Assembly: GCA_951406725.2 (NCBI GenBank)
Contig: OX597815.1
Coordinates: 79,918,001 to 79,982,000, forward strand
DNA from: Octopus vulgaris
Taxonomy: Eukaryota
Direction: 5' to 3'
DNA length: 64,000 nt
Shown here: positions 41,378 through 55,209 of the stretch, piece after piece
Layout: the number at the start of each line of letters is the position of its first letter
How positions within the stretch are numbered: the stretch's first letter is position 1
Program-made: the position numbers and the translations under genes
The notes under the pieces: generated by a model
The model's input: only the letters and a program-made list of their open reading frames with translations
Databases searched by the model: none
Told to the model about the DNA's origin: nothing

Positions 41378-42284
41378 CTCGTTGTAGTTGTAGTAGGAGC
41401 AGCAGCTGTTATCATCACTACTGCTACTTTAAAAGCTTATAAATTTGTAATGTAGAGGAACAGATGGTTGAATTTTGTTTTGCCTTAGTTATAACTGGTT
41501 GTTATGTAATGATCCCAAGTAGAATTTACAGTTGGACAGTACTGCAAGCCATATTTAGTCCGGTGCTCTCTACCGTTCTCTATTTATCGCTTCATAGTTA
41601 ACTGCATAAGCACAGAGTTATAACTGTGCGGCAAAGAAGAGACATGGGTTATTAACTGGAAATCAGTGCTTATATAATAGATCTTGGTGGAATGAAAGAC
41701 AGTGTAGGCGTCGGTGGAATTTGAACCGAGTTCGGTAGAAAGACGAAACTATAAACATGATGAGGCAATTTAATCCGGCACTTTACCACTTCTACAATAC
41801 GCCGCTATTTCACAGTTTACAATAAAAATAATAGCAATAATGATAACAAGAACAAAGCTAATCAAAACATTGACAGGGCAGTTAGAGAATAGATAGACCC
41901 AACGATGCTTGTTAGAATAATGCACGGCGAAGTATTTATTTAAGCAGACAACGGACGCTTGAAGTATTGTAGTGGGGATTTTTTTTTTGTAAAGTAAACA
42001 AGGCGAGTATTGACGTCGTTCTACGCATTGAAGGGTATGGAAAGCCAGGCAATTGTGGGTAAGAGATGTGGGTGTGGTGTTTGGCGTGTTAGTGGAGGGG
42101 TGTAAGTGTATAAAAGTAGTTGATTGAGTGTGGTTCCTTTTGTATGATGATAATCAAAAAGAAAAGAAAAAGGAGAAAAGAATATAGAAAAAGGTAAGAA
42201 TTGTTGTTTATATATCGGATTAACTTGTTGCTTAATATACTCATTGAAGCAGCATCTAAACTCTCTCTTCCCACCTCTCTCTCT

Positions 42285-42376
<92 letters not shown>

Positions 42377-42530
42377 TTCTCACTTTTCATTTCTGTCTTG
42401 AACACATAAACAAACCCACACAGACAGACACACACACACACACAAACACACACGCGCGCACACGCATATGTTTGTGTGTGTGTGTATATATATATATTAA
42501 CACAAGTACATACATGTATGCATACATACA

Positions 42531-42564
<34 letters not shown>

Positions 42565-42695
42565 TATATACCAAACACTCATACACATACACATATTAAT
42601 CAGCATAAAAATGCCGGAAGGATAAAAAAAAGTACATATATTAATGTATTGGGTTCTGTTTCTTCTGTCTTCTTAAGCTTATCTATCTCTTAAGC

Positions 42696-42926
<231 letters not shown>

Positions 42927-43689
42927 TCTATCTACCAATCTATCTATCTATCTGTATGTCTATCTATATGCGTGTTTGTCTATATGCATGTGTATATGTG
43001 TGTGTATGTTTGTATAGGGTTGCACATACATTAACACTTCCACAATCATACACATACGCGCATGCATAAAATCTATCACAAAGAACTCTCAATGGTGTGA
43101 GCGCATACGTTATCATACGCGTATGTGACTAGACTTATGTTTTTGTTCCCATGAGCTCAAACTAAGGCTGCTCATTTATTGAGAGATAGCGCTAAATTTG
43201 GCTTGGAAAAAGACAATGTGAAAATATTGACAGTTAAGAGTCTACTGTAGTTCACATGGATGTGGTATAAATAATTTAAGTACGGGATTATAATGGCGGA
43301 AAACAGCCAGACACTTAAAAATAAAAAATAATAAAGACACATTCGGCGCACGGTTAATAGAACTCGGATCAACTAAGAATCGTTGTATGGGATTTAAAAA
43401 GGTCATATAATAAACGGCAATGACACGATGAAGAACGCATAGCAAACTAATGTTAATTATGTGGTTAAGTGGTTTGCTGCGTAACCATCTGGTCCTTCGT
43501 TCGATCTCTTAGTAGAGAGGGACACGCTTGATAGAAACATGGCAGAACCCCGTTGTGTCTGTATGTCTGTCTGTATCTCTGTCTGTATGTATGTATGTAT
43601 GTATCCATGCATGTATGTATGTATGGATGTGTGCTTGTGCACACGTGTATGTATGTATGTATGTATGTATGTATGTATGTATATATAAT

Positions 43690-43732
43690 AACAATTTAAT
43701 AAATAAAACATATGCATACATACATACATACA

Positions 43733-43765
<33 letters not shown>

Positions 43766-43948
43766 GTACATACCTACATCTATATGTATATATGGGTACT
43801 GGACACCACAAAAAAAAACGTAGAACACAACGAGAAACGAAAACATAAAAACAAAACATAGAAACGGCCTTTTTTTAACAACGAAAAAACAGAGTACAAG
43901 ACATACAACACAAGGAACATTCCCCTTCTTCAGCTGCCCCTGTTTCGA

Positions 43949-43990
<42 letters not shown>

Positions 43991-44181
43991 TAAAAATACT
44001 TGTTTACACCTGCGTTTAACTCCATTTTTTATTCATATTATTCAAAATATTCAAAGTAAACACGAAGTTTCAACCTTTATAACAAGGAGTTACAACACCT
44101 TTACTTGTGAGATTTTTGCTGCCCTGGTAACTATTTATTTATTTTTCCGTGTCAATTGTGAACAAGGTAAAAATACACTCA

Positions 44182-44231
<50 letters not shown>

Positions 44232-45528
44232 ATATTGTAAACTTTAAGTTGATTGGGAGTTTACAATTTATTTGACTCTACTCTTAGCACTGAGTCATAC
44301 CATCTAAAAACGTTCCGTTGTTATTCTTTAACTTGCTTTTTAACACACGCGCATATGTATGCATATACATGCATACGCATGCACACACATATATATATAT
44401 TATATATATTATATGTATATTATACACACACACACACACACACACATATTGTATTTTGGAATGGTCATTTATTACTGTTTTTATTCTAACTTATGTTCAT
44501 TGTCCGGAAATCTTTCGTCACACATCTGTGATCTCTTCAGCGACACTTCCCGTCTTCGTGATGTGGTCTTGTTCCACTTATTCCATTCAGAATGTGCGTG
44601 TGTCTATTTGCCCCCCCCCCCCCCAGCAATATATATAAAAATTGAGCAAAAACGCAATAGAGAACAATAAAACATTCGGATAGATAGATGATACAAAGGT
44701 GGACAAGAGAAACACCAATTAGCAGGACAGACAAAAAAAAAAAAAAGACGGGTCATTCGTGGCTTTTTGTCCTCAGTCAAGTCCCAGAAGTCACGACCGT
44801 TTCGGGCAGTTACACTTGAAACGGTTCGATCTGGTTGCCCACCAAAAAGTCTAAGCTAAGAGCATTAGACTCCTTTGTAAGAAAGCTAGCGAATGTGTAC
44901 GGCAACAAAGACAAAAAACAGAGAACATGGTACACAGAAAGACAAAAAACGGAAAATATGGTACACAATTACGAATGCAAGCAACAAGAAAATAACAACA
45001 GGTGACTTGCGACTGAACGAATCCAATTGAACTGGCGTGTAATAGGTGAAAGCCTAAAGGCAGGAACATACCAGATGGACATAAGAAGTGTTGGCGGTCG
45101 GCAGTCAGGCCAAGAAAGAAAGATCATGGCTGGCCGAACGCCAGTCACGTGGAAGTAAGAGAGATGGGTAGGGGGCAGCAGGATTGAAGGATTAGAAAAG
45201 AATCAGGGGCAAAGAGAAAGGTACAGGGGAGATAGTGGGAATTAAAGAAAGAGAAGGCCAAGAAATGTGAGAGAGAGAGGGGGAGCGAGAAAAAGAAAAA
45301 AAAGAAGAAAATACGAGGGGACTAAAATATAGAGTAAAAATCATACAAAATTTAGATAAATACCTACTATAAGGTGAGCACAAGTGTGTACGTACGCCGC
45401 TATAAGTATATATAAATATAAAAATGGAGAAAAACGCAATAGAAGACAATAAAACATTCAGACAGATAGACGATACAAAGGCGGACAAGAGAAACAATTA
45501 GAAGGGAATTTATACATACATACATACA

Positions 45529-45562
<34 letters not shown>

Positions 45563-45589
45563 CATACATACATACATACATACATACAT

Positions 45590-45669
<80 letters not shown>

Positions 45670-46057
45670 ATATAATATAATATAATATAATACAATATAT
45701 ATGGTTGTTTTGCTGCACAAGTTGACTATTTTGAAGGAGATGATGTCAAAACTTAGATGATATCTAAACATAACTAGTCCGGGAATTCTTTGATATCACC
45801 TCCACCAATTCTGTTTGCTTTCCCTGTTAATAGAAGGCAATGTTTACAAATAAAGAAATATAAATTGATTAATATATATATATATATATCAACTTACTTG
45901 GAGAAAAGAAAGGACAGAAACGAAACGACGCGATGGCGCTCAGTCATACAATAATTTAATAAATAAAATATATGCATACATACATACATATATGTACGTA
46001 CCTACATCTACATGTATATATACATGCATATATATATATATGTGAATGGTGTCCTGT

Positions 46058-46132
<75 letters not shown>

Positions 46133-46924
46133 TGTATATATACATGTAAATGTAGGTACGTACATATATGTATGTATGTATATATTTTATTTATTAAATT
46201 ATTGTATGACTGAGCGCCATCGCGTCGTTTCGTTTATTTCCTTTCTTTTCTCCAAGTAAGTTTTTATATATACTTAAGACGCGAACTCTGTAATCCTTTG
46301 CTTGACCTTTTCTTCCTTCCTATCTGTCTTCCTCTTTGCCTGTCTCTCTCTTTCTTATTTTTCACCCGTTCTGGTTTCCTTTCCGTTCTATCTCTCTCTC
46401 TCTCTCACTCCTCCTCATCTCTCTCACTGCCTAGTCGACTACCTACTTCCTTTCACTGGCAGCTTTCTACAAGCCAACATGGCTTTTTTGCGCTCTGAAT
46501 TTATCCATCGTCTAGGCTTAAAAAAGTAGCCCTTAATGTTTGTTTTTTTGTCCTGTTTTTATTCTTTATGTGTACTGTATTTTTTTGTATTTGTATTTTT
46601 ATTTTGTATTTGTAATTGCATTTTATTTGTATTGCTTTTACGTCCTGTTCTTGTCACATTTTTTTCTTTCCTTGTTTTTACCCCTCTGCAAAGGAATTTT
46701 ATTTTAATTCTTTCGCAGGAAGGATTAGATCGGCGGGTCGTGTTCTGTCCTTACCTCCGAAACACGCATTGAGTCGATCCAGGGACAGCTGATGAAGGTG
46801 AATATTCCTTGTATTGTTTGTCTTTTACTCTGTTTATTCGTTGTTAAAAAAGTCCGTTTCCTAGTTGTTTTTATGCTTTCGTTTCTCGTTGTGTTCTACG
46901 TTTATTTGTGGTGTCCTGTATTCA

Positions 46925-47000
<76 letters not shown>

Positions 47001-47058
47001 TGTATATATACATGTAGATGTAGGTACGTACATATGTATGTATGTATGTATGCATATA

Positions 47059-47073
<15 letters not shown>
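43690..47073. repeat. Cluster of nested inverted and direct repeats, probable Penelope-like remnants
   Basis: 43690-43950 inverted vs 46772-47073; 45891-46040 inverted vs 46115-46262; 44630-44725 direct vs 45410-45502; ORF 46302..46529 ends RSEFIHRLG, reminiscent of GIY-YIG C-termini. Confidence 0.6.
44501..44545 (-). ncRNA. Minimal type-I hammerhead ribozyme
   Basis: tgtcg-CTGAAGA-ga-tcaca(gatg)tgtga-c-GAAA-gatt-TC-cggaca. Confidence 0.7.
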
Positions 47074-47116
<43 letters not shown>

Positions 47117-47117
<1 letters not shown>

Positions 47118-47726
47118 TGCGTTTCAAATTATTAACGACGCAACAATTCAAAAACATTTTATTTAAAAACTATTCATTGGAATTCAACGAAATATTCACA
47201 GAAAGTTGACATCGAGTAGTTCTGGACACAGCTGTTATGCCAAAACGCTTGAAAAATTTTCCACTTGTAAGACCTGGGTTCATTACAGTTTCACGCTTAA
47301 TTCGTGACAGAGAATGTTCAGAAACAGCCCTTGTCGGCTCTCTTAAGTATCTTCGTAGAAGCTATAACAATTTTTTTTTTCACAGTTTGGTAATATCTTC
47401 CAATTATTTTAGATATTTCTAATGTTGTTTTACCTTTTACAAATTCAGAAGTAAGAACAGATTTCTCCGAAGCAGTTAAGTCACATTTACGACCCACAAT
47501 TACACAATTATCAGACCACTCGTTAATAATTTGGAACACTGAAAATTGCTGGAAATCATGCAAATGGCCATGGTTTGTTTACACTTGTGCAAAACCTCAC
47601 GTTTTTTTACACACCACGCGCATATAACTGGAGCCATCATTCTTTAGACATTTCGCTGAATTCCAACGAGTAGTTTTTAAAATAAAAATAGAAAGAATGT
47701 TACGTCGCTAATAATTTGAAACGCAG
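47117..47726 (-). mobile_element. Internally deleted Tc1-like transposon
   Basis: TA|ttgcgtttcaaattattaacgacg ... cgtcgctaataatttgaaacgcag|TA; N-terminal GRKCDLTASEKS..TLEISKIIGR. Confidence 0.85.
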
Positions 47727-48147
47727 TATGTGTGTGTTTATACACACACACACACACACACATATTATTGAATTCTCCGATAGTTATGCTAGGCAATGCT
47801 TGTGATGTTATTGCATTCTTCGCATTCTTCTTCTTCCTAATCCACTTGGTGTTTTGATGGTGCTCAATGCTTTCGTTCTATATTCTTCCCTCCCCCATAT
47901 ATTTTCCTTTCTGTTAACGGTGCTGTGTTATCAAATGACATGTTTTTATTATTAATATCTTTTTGTAGAAATTATTATCAATATTATTGATGCGGCTCTT
48001 CTTCTTCTTCTTCTTCTTCTTCTTCTTCTTCTTCTTCTTCTTCTTCTTCTTCTTCTTCTTCTTCTTCTTCTTTTCTTCCTATTATTATTATTAGTAGTAG
48101 TAGTAGTAGTAATAGTAGTAATAATAGTAGTAGTAGCAGTAGTGGTA

Positions 48148-48211
<64 letters not shown>

Positions 48212-48233
48212 CAGTAGTGGTGGTGGTGGTGGT

Positions 48234-48287
<54 letters not shown>

Positions 48288-50256
48288 TGGATCTAACATA
48301 CTGTTATCTTTTTAGTTTTTCCCATCGATGTTACAGATTTCAGACTTGGATGAATGAAAATTCTTTCATAATTTACTCTCTAACAGAGAGTCTTTCAAAT
48401 GTATGGTGTCTCGAATAGGGTTTAAATAAATAAATGAAAAAAGGTGCGTTTTAAAACAGCTTCAGCTTTTTTGTCTCATTTTTTTACAAACATGCAAATA
48501 TGGCAAAGCTGAACGTAAGTGCACGAATATGCAAAGTAACTAGCAACACTATTTAACAGAAAACACACACTTTAAAAGAAAATAGCGACGTTTTTACAGA
48601 CAATAATATTAAAGTGAATAATTCTAACGACGTGCTTGGTGGCAAAACAGCAACAACTGTAACACACACACACGCGCGCACACACTCACACACATTTAGA
48701 AAAACGGAAATGTTTATACAATTTTTACTGTCAGCAATATAAGTAGCGATACATCTTCTGCAAATGCTGTCGGCAACAGATGAACGCTGAATATGGGCCT
48801 TACAGCCAAAAGAACAGCAATTCGAAAACAACTGTGTAACCGAAACATGCACAATTTTTGCCCGAAGATATCAGAGAAGTGCGGGAAAGAAGTTAAGTTA
48901 TCTAGCTATGCATTTCCAAAGTTATAAGTGTTTTCCATATTATTTGACAAGAAGAGTTAGTGGTGGACCTACCACTGTATAGAGAGCTCTTCTATCTGAT
49001 TATATGGAAGTAAATATTTTGTGCTTAAAACTGAAGTCGAATGGAAGAAACAAGCTGATACAGAGCGCTAGACGTCTGGCCAGAGGCTAATTCTGGAGTA
49101 TATAGAATGATGAATCACAGAGATCCCTGAAAAAACATCGGGATCACGTTAACTCTTTACTAGATTTCAGTGCGTGACACTTTATGATAAGATGTTCAAT
49201 TCAATGGAATATGGTTGGATGGAGTCAAAATAGACATATAAGTCCTGATGACACTATAGACTATCTATTTCGGGGTTGTGTCCCCCAGATGTGGAGAAAA
49301 AAATACTAGAGGTGTAAGACTAGTTACTACTCATATTTCAAATGTCATTAAAAGCCCTCTGCCTTGAAGACCAAGTGAAGTTAAAAGCTAATAACTACAG
49401 TGACCCACGAGGTTTGTTATCTGCAGGGTACTACCGGCTGCAATACCAAAAACACTAAAATAAAGCGCCTCAACCTGGCTTCAGTTACAGAAATTTTCAT
49501 TCCCGCCTTTGATATCTAGACAGTTTATTTTGATCTGCATAGGTATGTCACAAATGTTTGCTACCATCTTTCTTCGCACACTGTTTTTAATTCGTGTTTG
49601 TATCATTGTTTATCCCTTTTCATGTCGAAGTGTTGGCTATTTCTGATTGTGAATATAGTTGACCTATTAGATACTAACCTTATAATTCAAAGATATAATA
49701 TATTTGTTTATAGGCCTTTATTTTAGTAAACATGGTGGATATTTATAAGAGCACTTGCTTCTGAACTTTACACATCAAATGTTTACCAATTAGTGTTCCT
49801 GCCTTGAAGCACGCTACAATATTGCCAACCTTCTTTAAAATGCTATTGAGGTCGACTTTCATCCATTCGGTATATTTAAAATAAGTTCCAGTTGAATACT
49901 GATGTTGTTGTAATTGACTTATTCCATCCCCCGAAATTGCTGGCCTTGTGCCAAAAGTTGAAATCAATATTTCCATATGCATGTTTTTAGGGTGTTTTTC
50001 AACATCATTTAATACAATGTTATTGTTTGTTTCTTTAGAAAGCCACATCAGTAATTGTACAAATGCTGGGTACCATGTTTTCTGCTAAGATATTACAATG
50101 GTTCTCGCTAGTGTCGGTACATATTTCATTATACCAAGAATGACGCAATTTTATATCGTTTTCGTAGATATTCCTGATTACCAAAAGTTTCACCTGTGTC
50201 TCAAAGAGATAAATTTTTCCTTAGGGTATGAGATTCTTCTTCTTCTTCTTCTTCTT

Positions 50257-50363
<107 letters not shown>

Positions 50364-51882
50364 CATTTTTATTATTATTATTGCTTGGACCTTCATTTCC
50401 TTGCATAAGTTGCAGATGAGATAGGTAGAAATTCAATTAGCAACAACATTTTGTAACAATACAGTGGCATTGTACAAAAGGTTAGAAATCAAACGACTAC
50501 CAACACCAACGGCAACAACAATTTTACTATCACTACTCTCACTTTAATTTCCCTTCTCACCCCATCTTCCTTATAATGATTATTGGGATTCTTAGTATTA
50601 TTATCCATATAGATATTTTTAAAATTATGAGTGTATGATATATAGTGTGACAGAAAATGAAGGAAATTGCAGGTGATGAAAATTGCAAAAATAACGAGAG
50701 GGAGAGATAGATAGATAGATAGAGAGGGGGATATAGAGGGAAGATATCAGGTGTGGTAGAGGAAGAGAAAGGGAACGAGAGAACTTGGAAATTTGAATGA
50801 TAGCAACTAAATATGAATGAAGGAAAACAGAAAAATAGTAGGATCAGGAAAAAAAAAAAGAAAAAAGAAAGGAAAAAGCCAAATAAAAAAATAATGAGTT
50901 CAGAAAGCAACGTTGAGAGACAGAAACTGACGGTAAGGAAATGCAAAAGGAAGAAATAGATTCAGAAAGTAAAAGAAATCAATTTGAAAAATATATTTCA
51001 AAAGGTCGGGAAAGAGAGTGAAATCCATAAAAAAAAAAGAAGAAAACTCAACCTAGAAGGGCTGAAAGGAAAGGTCAAGAGAAAAAGAGAATGAATGAAT
51101 GAATGAATGAGAAGAAGGAAGAGATATTAATATAGTAATTAACATAGTAAGAATGTGAAAGTGAAAGTAATTTAAAAGCGTCAAACTCTTCCGAGATACT
51201 AAATGAAAATGGAGCAATATAATGAAGAAAGAAAAGAGAGACAGGAAGAGAATGAGATAGATAGATAGAAAGTGAGAGAGAGACGGACAGAGAAGGAGGA
51301 AGAGGAAGAGAGAGAGAGTGAGAGAGACCACGAAGGTTGCATCTGGACAGAGGAATGAAAATTCAGAAGAAGAAAATAAAAATGGTTGAATAGAAGACTA
51401 GTATGAAGAAGGGAAGTAATGCAGTACAAATGAAGAAATATTATGGAGAAAAGACGAGAGATTTGGCAGAAGAGTATATAAAGAAGAAGGAACGGAGACG
51501 ATCAAATGAATAAAGTAGGAATAGTAAATGAATAACAGTAGGACTGAGAAAATGAATTTAAAAGAAAAAAAGTAACAAGTGCAGATGACAAAAAACAAAC
51601 AAAAACAAAAACAAACAAGAAAAACAAAGCAAGACCAAACAAAAACATTATAAGAGTGAAATAAGTAGAAGGCAGAAACAGAAAAAATAAGAACAACAGT
51701 TAAAAATATATGGAAAACAGAACTGCAGTAAACAGAGAAATTGCAAGAAAAGCGGATAAAAAAATGACAAAAATAAAAAAAATGCAGGATAGAAACCATT
51801 TTTATCAGCTTAGCAATTGAAAAGTCACGCCTGAAGGAAAACGAAAAAATAAAGATGAGAAGTAACGGTGGAGGAGGAGGAG

Positions 51883-51931
<49 letters not shown>

Positions 51932-52214
51932 GGGAACAAATGTGAGTAGATGTGAGTATGAATACAAGTATGTCTGTTTCTATAGATACATACACACACA
52001 TATTTCTATCTATCTATCTATCTATCTATTTATATACGCATATGTATATATGTATATGAATATAATTAATGTAACAGAAGCACACGTATCTTAAAAGCAA
52101 GTCGCTAGGAACGAGAAACTCGGAGTAGTGCCTCATGTAGACAATACTAATATAAAATACTTTCACACACACATACATAATACATACATACATACATACA
52201 TACATACATACAAG

Positions 52215-52613
52215 TGTAGTATGAAGCTTTCTTCCCATCCACATGGTTCCGGGTTCTGTCTTACTGCAGGGTCCCTTGGGGAAGTGGCTTCTACTGTAGG
52301 CTTGGGCCGAACAAAGCGTTGTGAGTGGACCTGATAGGTGGAAACTGAAAGAAGCCCGTCGTGCATATAGATATATATACATATATATGTTTTTGTGTGT
52401 GTGCGCGCGTGTTTGTGTCTGTGTTCACCTCCACCGCTTGACAACTAGTGCTAGTGTGTTCACTGCGCCGTAACTTAGCAGACTAGTAAAGAAATTGCTA
52501 GAACAAATACTAGCCTTTAAAAAAATAAGTCCTGGGGTCGATTCATTCGACTAAAATTCTTCAAGGTGGTGCCCCAGCATGGCCGCAGTCTAATGACTGA
52601 AACAAGTAAAAAG
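52215..52613 (+). mobile_element. SINE family A
   Basis: Homologous to the reverse complement of 5496-5961. Confidence 0.8.
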
Positions 52614-52679
52614 TACGCGTGTGTACCGTTGGCGATTTTTTTCCCTGTCTTCCCTTCTCTGGATCTTTCCTTCTCCTAT

Positions 52680-52714
52680 GTTTCCGACGAAGAGCTCCGC
52701 TCGAAACGTTAAGC
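52680..52714 (+). ncRNA. Minimal hammerhead motif (U4C variant)
   Basis: gttt-CCGACGA-a-gagc(tcc)gctc-GAAA-cg-TT-aagc. Confidence 0.6.
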
Positions 52715-52974
52715 CCTCCTTCTTCCCTTCCTTCCTGAGCGTCCAATAATACTATATTTGTTCCACGTCCTCGCGTTGTTGTGTTTTCTCTTTGTGTTTT
52801 CATGTTTGGATTAACTATATATATATATATATATACTTATATATGTACATGTATGTGTGTGTGTATATGTATGTGTATACGTATACTTAGACACACACGT
52901 ACATACAAAATTATATACTTACATACCTTGATACTTTGATATGTTGATAAGTTTCGGCCTTATATGTTGATAAG

Positions 52975-53245
52975 TTTCGTGAAGAAATTGATTCAATCGC
53001 TCTCCATCGAATTCAATTGGTTGACCGGTGTGTGATCCGTCCTTAAGGGCAAAATTCCCGTTTTTGAAACGTGAAAACCAACGGTGGGCGGTTCTTTAAG
53101 GCATTGCTTTTTCTCCATACACAGCACAAATCTCACGAGCAGCTCTGGCGGCCCTCACACCTAGATTAAATGCAAAGAGTAAATGGTGTCGGGAATGTTC
53201 AGCTTTGTCCACTTGACATTCCATTTTAATGATCTGAAAATACAC
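52975..53245 (-). mobile_element. 271-bp inverted copy of part of the mariner at 55364-55634
   Basis: Near-identical reverse complement, including the same in-frame stop. Confidence 0.9.
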
Positions 53246-53282
53246 GCACACATATACAAACACATACATGCATACACACGTA

Positions 53283-53317
<35 letters not shown>

Positions 53318-53766
53318 CTTTGTGTGTAAGGCTATTGGTTTAAATGACGTTCAAGACAAATGCCTAATCGAGTTCTTTTCAATGGCAAAACATGTTAAAC
53401 TATCGAACTCTAATATATTTCGCAATTGCGTTGTTTTGAAGGGCCTCTGCATTGAAAGGAAGAAAACATATTGATGTTGTTATTAAATGCACACATACAC
53501 AATCGAAAACATGCATGCATACTCAATCTTTCTCACAAACACAGACACAACAGAACACATACACACGCGCGCGCGTGCGCGCCCACACACACATGTATAT
53601 GTCTGTACATATAGATGTAAATCTATATAAATCTCTGTGTATTTGTTTTTGTACACGTATATGTATGTATGTGTATATGTATATACAGATCGCCATGTTG
53701 ATTCGCTAGCTTCTGCACGCATTTTTTTTTCTCTCCTTGTTTCTTTCTGTGTTTCTTTTCTGTGTA

Positions 53767-53804
53767 TCTTTCTGTTGAAGAGCGTAGGCTCGAAACGTAA
53801 AAGA
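53767..53804 (+). ncRNA. Minimal hammerhead motif (A6U variant)
   Basis: tcttt-CTGTTGA-a-gagc(gtag)gctc-GAAA-cg-TA-aaaga. Confidence 0.65.
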
Positions 53805-53900
53805 CTTGTTTTATTTATATTCCTGAGCGCCATACTAATACAATTGTTTGTTTATATTCCACCTGCCTTCATCTTTTGTTTATTTTCATAAAGCTTCCCG

Positions 53901-53959
<59 letters not shown>

Positions 53960-54959
53960 CATTTTGTGTCATATATGTATTTATGTATAGTGTATATTCA
54001 TATGTGTTTGTGTGCACATGTGTTCGTACGTGCGTGCACCAGCGTGCGTGCGTGTGTGTGTGTAAATATACGCATGTATATATATATATATATATATATA
54101 TATTTTCACACATATGTGTATGTATGTATATATATATATATAGGTGTGTGTGTGTGCGTGTGTGTGTTGTGCGTTAGTGCGTGTGTGAGTGTGTGTGTTG
54201 TGCGTTAGTGCGTGTGTGAGTGTGTGTGTGTATACATGCATGCTTTTTTGTGGTAAGGTAAGAGAGTAAGATAAGAAAAACAAGGTGGGAGAGATGGAAA
54301 TAAAGATGGCGTTGATAGGTAACGGATTTACATATAAACTAAGATGAAGTTTCTGAACTCGTGAGTGTACATACACACTAAACGCTCAGTTCTGTAAACT
54401 TATCTTTTTTATTGTTCGAGCGAATATTTTAGAAAACTAAGTTTGTAATCAAGTCCCGTTTCCAGTTGGAAGTGTTTTGCTTGTGTTGCTTAATGACTTT
54501 GGAACACTTCATGAATGTCAAAATGTCCCGCTTTATGTTCCTCCGAAGAGCTCTAACGTCTGAAGAAACTATCAGCCCCAATCTGATTCTGATCGTCATA
54601 ATGAAGATCGAGATCAAGAGAATCTTCGTCATATTAGGCATCACACTATCTATCTATTCACACACACACATGTAAACGCACACACACACACACACACGCA
54701 CACGCACACGCACACACACACACACGCACACACACGCACACGCACGCACGCGCACACACACACATAATACTATAAAGGAACAAACCTTAGTCACATTTAC
54801 TGACGATAAATGTTTTCTTTGTGGTATAATATTACATCTAGCTGTTTATGTTAATTTTTATTATAAACATTAGCATTTCACTAAATCAGCTATAAATTTT
54901 TATGGTAAACATATATACTGGCAGTTGGATTTAGCCAAACCATCGACTATTTGAGCAGT

Positions 54960-55002
54960 CACTACTGATGATGCATATGCAATAGGTAAAACTAGTCTAG
55001 TG
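54960..55002 (+). ncRNA. Minimal hammerhead motif (G12A)
   Basis: cacta-CTGATGA-t-gcatat(gca)ataggt-aAAA-ctag-TC-tagtg; palindromic ACTAGT stem III. Confidence 0.65.
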
Positions 55003-55209
55003 TAGTGATTTTAGAGACGCTTTTGGGGGCGGTTATCTCCCCTGTATGTGTATATATCTTGTGGTCTTCTTGCGGCATTATGCATCTTTAATTCATATTT
55101 CCAGCAATATAAGAGCTTCAGCACCCTCTGTCACATTTAGTAACGATGAAACTTTTACTTTAAGGTGTTACATTCAATCTAGCTATTTATATTAATTTAT
55201 ATAGATATA

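Noticed and set aside
43426-43463. cgatgaagaacgca resembles the 5.8S rRNA motif
   Set aside because: Only ~14 nt match and the flanks do not follow 5.8S convincingly.
43458-43510. tRNA-like A/B boxes (gtggttaag...gttcgatc)
   Set aside because: No cloverleaf; most likely a decayed SINE head.
49233-49305. gac..gtc-CTGATGA hammerhead-like start
   Set aside because: No properly placed GAAA or stem III partner.
54429-54675. Complex sequence open on both strands for ~70 codons
   Set aside because: No recognisable protein motif or splice signals.
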